DNA of 61,170 nt, the filler included, from Platydemus manokwari (Eukaryota): assembly GCA_037951405.1 (NCBI GenBank). It is 5 parts of 5 records of this genome, joined end to end, with 100 filler letters (N's around TTAATTAATTAA, not from the genome) between each part and the next. Parts side by side here need not be neighbours in the genome. Positions count along the whole stretch, not along the records: positions 43,151 to 61,170 come from JBBMOY010611104.1; 4 more parts are not named here. One strand, 5' to 3'. Position numbers and translations under genes: made by a program. Below, piece by piece: positions 54,601-61,170 of the stretch. The notes below the pieces were generated by a model, which was given only the letters and a program-made list of their open reading frames with translations, was not told where the DNA came from and ran no database searches. Every line of letters starts with the position of its first letter. Positions within the stretch are counted from its first letter, which is position 1.

Positions 54601-55000
54601 TTGCGGTTTTGAGTACTCCAATACTGATTCAAGACATGTTTGTATATAAAAGTAAAAAGAATGCAGACTGATAATAAAATTATAGAAAAAATTAAAAACT
54701 ACAACGGCAAACCCTGTCATATTTTAAAAAAATATATTTAATTTACCTTCAATACAAATAAGTCAAACTCACATCATTGTAACTTACAAACAGCAAATAA
54801 AATTTACTATGTAATATAACTTTGATTTTCCGTTGTTAGAGTTAGGGAAATTAGATTTTGTAAACAGTTAAATTTAAAGCAAATATTATAACGCAACATC
54901 ACGATTAAAAGAGTAAAAAAGTTAACCAAGTGAAACTTATTTAACATTAGAATTGGAATAAGAATTTTTGAGAATCTAATATTTGAGAAAGGCTTGCAGT

Positions 55001-55310
55001 TGTTTTTGAAATCCAGCTCTTTTTATAGGCTTATCATATGTGTCCGTTTGATGTCCCAGATTTTCGTTTTTCATTTGACAATTTCGTTCATACATCGATA
55101 TGTTAGTAATTTTTCTTAAATCTTTCGTGCCATTCGCAAATATTGGGATTTGTTGGTATGCGCCAATTAACCTCTAAATACGGATTGATACATACAAGGA
55201 ATATGATTGGCTATTGGCACGCGTGTTTATTGAATCTGTGTGTATGAACCCTTTAAAGGTTATTTCCATGGTACCCATGAACATTTTGGTTTTTTATGAA
55301 AGACTCAACA
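55001..55310 (+). repeat. Dispersed ~310 bp repeat, copy 2
   Basis: Similar to 28884-29204; termini TGTT...AACA. Confidence 0.75.
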
Positions 55311-55720
55311 TATAGTTCAAAATATCTTTTTTGAATTAAATGCAGTTATATAATAAAATCTACAAATAAAATAATATAAATACCACCTGTTAATGCATTC
55401 TAAGAAAGAGAACCTTCCTTCCTTTTTCAAATCCTTGATTGAGTTAAGCCAGGTGAATAATGGTTATTCGAATTTATACTATTAAATAGAGATATAATAG
55501 TTGATATAGATACCCGAATTGTTAAAAATATTATGCATTATTTGACAAAATACTGCTCTATTTGCTAAGTATTATTATAAAATTATATTATATGTATGTG
55601 CTTTTAAACTGTATAATAAAAAAAATGAAATTTACCAAATTTTACGTTAGAACATTCACAAAAATTATACATATTTTGTTTTAATATTAAGCACATCATT
55701 ACATTACTATAATTATTCAA

Positions 55721-57976
55721 ATGGAATTAAAAATTAATAAGGACTTTGCCAAACATTATAATCAATATAGAGCTAAAGAAGAAGCAGCAAAAACTAAAAA
55801 AACTTTAAAAAATGAAATCAAACAGTTAGAAGAATCATCTTCTAGTTCCGATAGCGAATATGAAGAATGCTACAAAATGAAATTTATTGAACAATGTGAT
55901 GATATTTTAAAGAAAATTGTAAATAACAAAATAACTTCTAAAGTTGATGCTCCATTATATTCGGAAATTGTTGTTGATGTAGCTAAAGATAAAGTTGAAA
56001 AACCACTTTATGCTAAAGATTTAAATAGAAAAATTATTTTAGAAGGCGGTATTGAAAATGAAGAAGAATTAAATGACATTGAAAAATATGCACAGCTCGA
56101 TAGTGAAGATATTTTAAATTCTATGCCATCTGGAGCAATAAATTTGGAATTGAATGCAGAAAACATTTCTGATGATGATGATGAATTTTTAAAACCCTCA
56201 AGCAAGCCTCCAAAATTTGTTATTGATTACACCGAACAAGATACAAAAGAAATAGAATCGGATATTGAATCTGATGACGCTAATAATGTCATTGAAATTC
56301 CTAAAGAATCAGCTTCATTGGATAAAATTGAGGTAACTATATTCAATGTGTTATAAAGTCTTGGAAAAATATGAACTTTAATTACATTATCAAGTATTTT
56401 TTAATTTTATTTTTCAATTTCTAGATAAATCGTGACAGGAAATTAGAAACAGTGAGAGTGAGTAAAAAGACGTCAAGAGCTGAGAAACGTAAAGCTCGTA
56501 AAGAAAACAAAGCAAAAGAGCTCAAAGAAAAATTGAAACGCTTGAAAGAGCTCAAAAATATCAATCTGCAAGAGAAATTAGATAAAATCAAAAAGAATGT
56601 TCCTGAAATGGCTAAACATTTAACATTAGAAGATTTAGATGATGATTTCGATATTGATGAGTTCAGTAAGAGAATGTCTTTGATTTATGAACAGGAGGAC
56701 GCAGATCTTCCAATTGACGACGAGAAACCCGTGTTTTCTGATGAAAGCGATATCGATTTTGACTATACAGGTGACGATAAAGATCCAGTTTCGGATGAAG
56801 ACGAAGAAGATTCAGAAGAACCTAAGAAAAAGCCCTCGACAAAAAAGAAAACCGAACAGCCGATCTTACCAAAGAAAAAAGCTTCATATTTCACCAATTT
56901 AGATCTCCAAGAGGAAGAGAAAGAACCAAAGAAAAGGTTTGGAATATTGAGAAAGACCAATGAAGAATTCAATCGTGATAAATTCAATGATTTTGGAAAT
57001 TATTTAAAGAAAACGTTCGATATTTGTTGCGAAGATCTGATTTTAGGTAAGGACGACAGTGATGACGTCAAATGTAAATTCAAGTACCGAAAGGTGGAAG
57101 AACAAACTTATGGATTGGGTGTGGAGGACATCATTTTGGCAGACAATAAAGAATTGAATAAATGGGCTTCTTTGAAGAAAATTGTTCGGATCAGAACGAA
57201 TGCCGACGAAGAAAAGGACAGAAAGAAATACAGCTCGATGAACACCGAAGATAAGAAGCGAGAAATTCTGACCAGTCTGTATAAGGAGGAATCAGACGAA
57301 GAAGAAGAAAGAGAAGAAAAAACCGAAGTTGAGAAGCAAGATGAGTCTGAAGCACCAAAATTGTTAGTTTTTAAAATTTATTTTGATCGTTTGATGGGTT
57401 TTGATCTGTCGATTTAGGTCGAAAAGCTCGAAGAAGAGGCTGAGGAAAAAAACTAATAAGAAACAATTGAATGAATTTGTTCAACAAATTGCTGACAAAC
57501 AACAGCCGGATTCAGAATCGAATATCGATCTTAAAAAACCAAAGACAGGAAAGGCCAAAAAACGTCACCACGATGAGACAGAAAGTCAGAATATGGACAA
57601 CATGGAATCCAATGATAATGAGGCTAAGAAGTCTAAAACGGAAAGGAAAATAAATTCGGAAGCTATTGAAGTCTCTAACAGTGATGGCGAAGCAAAGAAA
57701 CAAAAGAAGAAAAAGAAGGTTAAGTTGGAAGTATCCGGTAGCAACGAAAAGAAAAACAACAGTGAAAATAAAGTTAACGAAGAATTATCAAATAAATCTA
57801 AGAAACGCAAGTTAGAACAAGAAACAAAAGAATCTCACGAAAAACAAAAGACAAGTAAAAAGAAAAAATCAAAAACTAACTCGGTTCCAGTTCTCAATAA
57901 CAACCGGTTAGAATCACTGGGTATTAAAGAAGGGTATTACAAGCATGTCATGTGTAATTCGAAAAACGTTGATTAA
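55721..57976 (+). CDS. KRI1: KRI1 homologue (40S biogenesis), ~702 aa; exons 55721-56332, 56425-57362, 57418-57976
   Basis: N-terminal LKINKDFAKHYNQYRAKEE, central ELKRLK/EKLDKIK..LDDDFD region, and C-terminal domain FKYRKV...YGLGVEDIILADNKELNKWASLKK. Introns 56333-56424 and 57363-57417 keep the frame. Confidence 0.93.
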
Positions 57977-58376
57977 GAGTGATTTGATTGTAAATATAGT
58001 TCAGGGTCATTTCGTTGTAAATAAATTGGTTTACTTTTCTTAATAAATAATATCATTGATTTCATTAGTTGCGCACGAGTTTTAAACTTATTTAAACATA
58101 TTACGTTATTTATATTAATACACATAAGTTAAATTGAAAAATCAAAAAAAATATTTTATTTCAAATTTTCCATTTTGCATATCTTATTTTCCAAAGAATC
58201 AATTTTAAAAATTACTTATTAGTATGAAATCAAAAACAAACATTTAGTTTTTGAAATTATAAATTATAGATCAAATACATTATTTTGGAGTATTGTTTAA
58301 ATTTTTTGATTAATTTTAAATTATTTTATTTTTTAAAAATTCTTAAATATTTGGCAAATGAAATAAACACATTAAA

Positions 58377-59738
58377 ATGCTGTACAAAGTTGAAAGATAT
58401 ATTTTACAAAAATATTACCTTCCTTTGTGTAAAGGTAGACTATTTTCGGCATTGTCTTCAACTCCTATTAATTTATCAACTGTTGAGTATACTGGGCAAT
58501 CAAATTATGCAATTAATAAATCATTATTGATTGTCCATGGTTTATTGGGCTCGAAACTAAACTGGAATTCATTGGCTAAAAATCTTTCATCCATTTTCAA
58601 AAAAGTTGAATAGTTTTCTCTAGTGAAAGTTTTATTGAATTTTAAACACCAATTTCGAATCAGGTCGTAACAATTGATTTAAGAAATCACGGTGACAGTC
58701 CTCATACAAAAGACATGACGTATGACAGTGTATCGGATGATTTGAAACACCTAATCGCAAGAAATAATTATGAAGATGCGATTCTTGTTGGCCATAGTTG
58801 GGGTGGCAAAATAGCGATGTATCTTGCTCTGAAAGAAGTGATATTTTTTGGGTTTTAGCATAATAGCAATTTATTATTAGTCGAATTTATTATCAGGACT
58901 TGTTATCGTCGATATTTATCCTGGAATAACAAATATTTCTCTTTTCTTATCTTATATGGATGCTATGATTTCTGCACCGATTGATCAGAATCTCTCTCTT
59001 CCATTGAACAGGAAAAATATTGACAAATATTTGGAGCAAGCTGTTGAAGTAAGATGTATAAATCAATACAATTTAATGAAGAATAAATTAAAATGCCTTA
59101 GTTTTTATTGATTGATGGTCTGATTTTGTGTTTAATTTGACAAGGTTTGGTTATACTCAGAGTCAATTCTGATTATGCTAAGAGATTATAGATTATTAAA
59201 TTTATTAATCTATTATTAATGATTTTCAATGAAATACACGTTTTATTATTTATGAATCTGTTTTATATAATTGTCTCTGAGAATATTTCGATGTAATATT
59301 ATTTATAGTTATTGTATTCGAGATGCCTTTATTTGGTTTCATACACACTAGAATCAAACAGTTCGCAACTTCCTTCTCACCAATCTTATTCGAAATTCCT
59401 CGACTAATGAAATTCAATGGCGTGCTAATATTCAATCGATCATGAATAATCTTGGAAATTTCAAGGATTTTCCCGACATGTCTGGTGCTAAGTTTAATAA
59501 GCCAACCTTGTTTATTGGAGGGAAACAATCAGATCATATCAGGTTGGAATGGCTTTGTTTTTGATGATAACTTATTGGTTCGATTAGACTGGAAAATTGG
59601 CCTAAGATCCAAAATATGTTTCCACTGGCTTTGTTGAAAATGGTTGATGGTGCGGGACACTGGGTTCATTCTGATAAGCCGATGGAATTCATTAATATCG
59701 TAAAAGAATTTGGTTTAAATTATCAAAATAATTTGTAA
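58377..59738 (+). CDS. ABHD11: Alpha/beta hydrolase ABHD11-like, 303 aa; exons 58377-58604, 58664-58837, 58881-59048, 59352-59542, 59588-59738
   Basis: HGLLGSKLNWNSLAK, DLRNHGDSPH, nucleophile elbow GHSWGGK, VRNFLLTNL, PTLFIGG..SD and GAGHWVHSDKP; basic presequence-like N-terminus. Confidence 0.93.
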
Positions 59739-60399
59739 CTAGCTAGAGTATCTTACAAAAGTTTATTGTTAATGATAATGCTATTTATGAAGTTTAAATA
59801 ACAAGCTTATTTGTTTATTTGCGTGCTTTTAAATGTCTGAAATTCAAAATATTGTTTTTTATAATTAGTGATAAAAATCGAATATTAACAGGATTCAGAG
59901 GACTAAATTAAAAATACCTGAGATAATGTATCAAATTAATTTTATTTATCTTTATTGGTTAATTATTGAGCTCAACATGATAATCAAATAAGATTTTAGT
60001 TATGGAGCAATTTGTATAAAAATTATGAAGATAATAAATGTATTAATAAGTATTTATAAAAATCAGGTTGAGATTTGAGAGCATGTTATTTTTTTCCAAT
60101 CTTTTGTCCTATTCCAAAGAAGTGTTATAAATTAACAAAGTTCTGAATTCAAATATAACCTGAAAAACATGATGTAAATATTTTAAAACAAACCGATTAA
60201 ACATGAAATATAAATAAAATTTTAAAGGTGAAAATTATAAAATTTAATCTTATTATTCATTGGTTTTTGCTTGTCATTTAACTTAATTACCAAAGTTAAC
60301 TGATTACTATCCAACTTATTTAATTTAATTCATAATTTCTTTATTCCTTATTCATCGCATTTAATCCTTACAATTTAAAATACTCATGATAATTGCAGT

Positions 60400-61170
60400 G
60401 TTTGTGTTTTAAGAATATCCCATAAGTGAAAAGAATTTGAGTATTCTGGCGAGTGCAAGTCGAGGCTGTTATGATTTCCACGATAGGAGACGTTCCGACC
60501 AGGATGATGAACAATTCAAGATAATCAATCCAATGTATGTGTGAATATAATTTGTATAATTTGATACCGAAACTTTTGGAGAATTTAGTAAAGATTTTTA
60601 TGCCAAAAAGAATATAAACATTCATGCGAGAGTTACTCTTGAAAAATTTGAGGTGTACGAAAATTATTGTTATGAAAAGAAAGAAAGTTTTTTTAACATG
60701 AGGTAGTCTTAAAAAGTTCAAAAGAATGGAAAGTGTTTTAATAAACATTAAAAAGTAGTGGTGGAGCAATGGATATTCAAAATACTATGGTCATATTAAA
60801 AAAGAATATTGATGATTTTAGCCAATTTAAGACATTTATAGGTAAGAAAGATCTTATTGAGCATTATATAAAATCAATAAACAATGTGCCTAAATATAGA
60901 TCTATTCCACTTAGGTTAAAAGACGTTATCAATCAGATAATGATTTATTTAATAAAGGCAAGTGTTATTCAGCTTAGAAACTTTCTTTAGAATTTTCTAA
61001 TCGTAAGGGCAAAAATGAAAATATTGACGATAAAATGTGCGTTGATTACCGTGCAATGGAATTTTATTATTTATGAATCGTTGAAATAACATTTGATACA
61101 GACAAAGATGTCAATTACTTAAATCTATATTGGATCATATTTAATAATATCAATATGTACAATGTTCTGT
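60400..61170 (+). mobile_element. Decayed Gypsy/Ty3 pol remnant (protease to RT start), runs off the window end
   Basis: EHYIKSINNVPKYRSIPLRLKDVINQIMIYLIKASVI followed by KMCVDYRAM, a typical Gypsy RT N-terminus. Stops and frameshifts present; left boundary approximate. Confidence 0.8.

Noticed and set aside
53995-54800. Weak minus-strand exon candidates
   Set aside because: Splice sites are plausible but no coherent or recognisable protein could be assembled.
56008-57810. Antisense and alternate-frame ORFs over KRI1 (likewise over RPL6, HSP90B1, ABHD11)
   Set aside because: Shadow ORFs of biased coding sequence.
1-61170. tRNA, rRNA, snRNA or hammerhead ribozyme genes
   Set aside because: None recognised by eye; tRNAscan-SE/Infernal would be needed to exclude them.

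Overview
AT-rich eukaryotic genomic scaffold with GT-AG introns, some only 43-60 nt long. It is probably from a free-living flatworm (planarian-like); this is an inference from composition, a TAL-type EF-hand domain and abundant mariners. The window consists of five contigs joined by artificial 100-nt N/TTAATTAATTAA spacers. Recognisable genes: SKP1 (complete), endoplasmin/HSP90B1 (5' part only), a TAL-type EF-hand ORF followed 152 nt later by a divergent intronless ribosomal protein eL6, part of an SLC17-family transporter, a multi-exon TM-SMP-C2 (C2CD2/TMEM24-like) gene, KRI1 and ABHD11. There are also two orphan ORFs. Mobile DNA: several mariner pieces of different lineages, a piggyBac-type MITE, two Gypsy remnants, a probable LINE remnant and a probable Polinton/Maverick remnant. 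Top finding: a GT donor overlapping the EF-hand stop codon and an AG acceptor just before the eL6 ATG are in frame. Splicing would give a chimeric EF-hand-eL6 protein of about 292-296 aa, a candidate Ca2+-sensing ribosomal protein paralogue. All family assignments come from motif recognition, not database searches.
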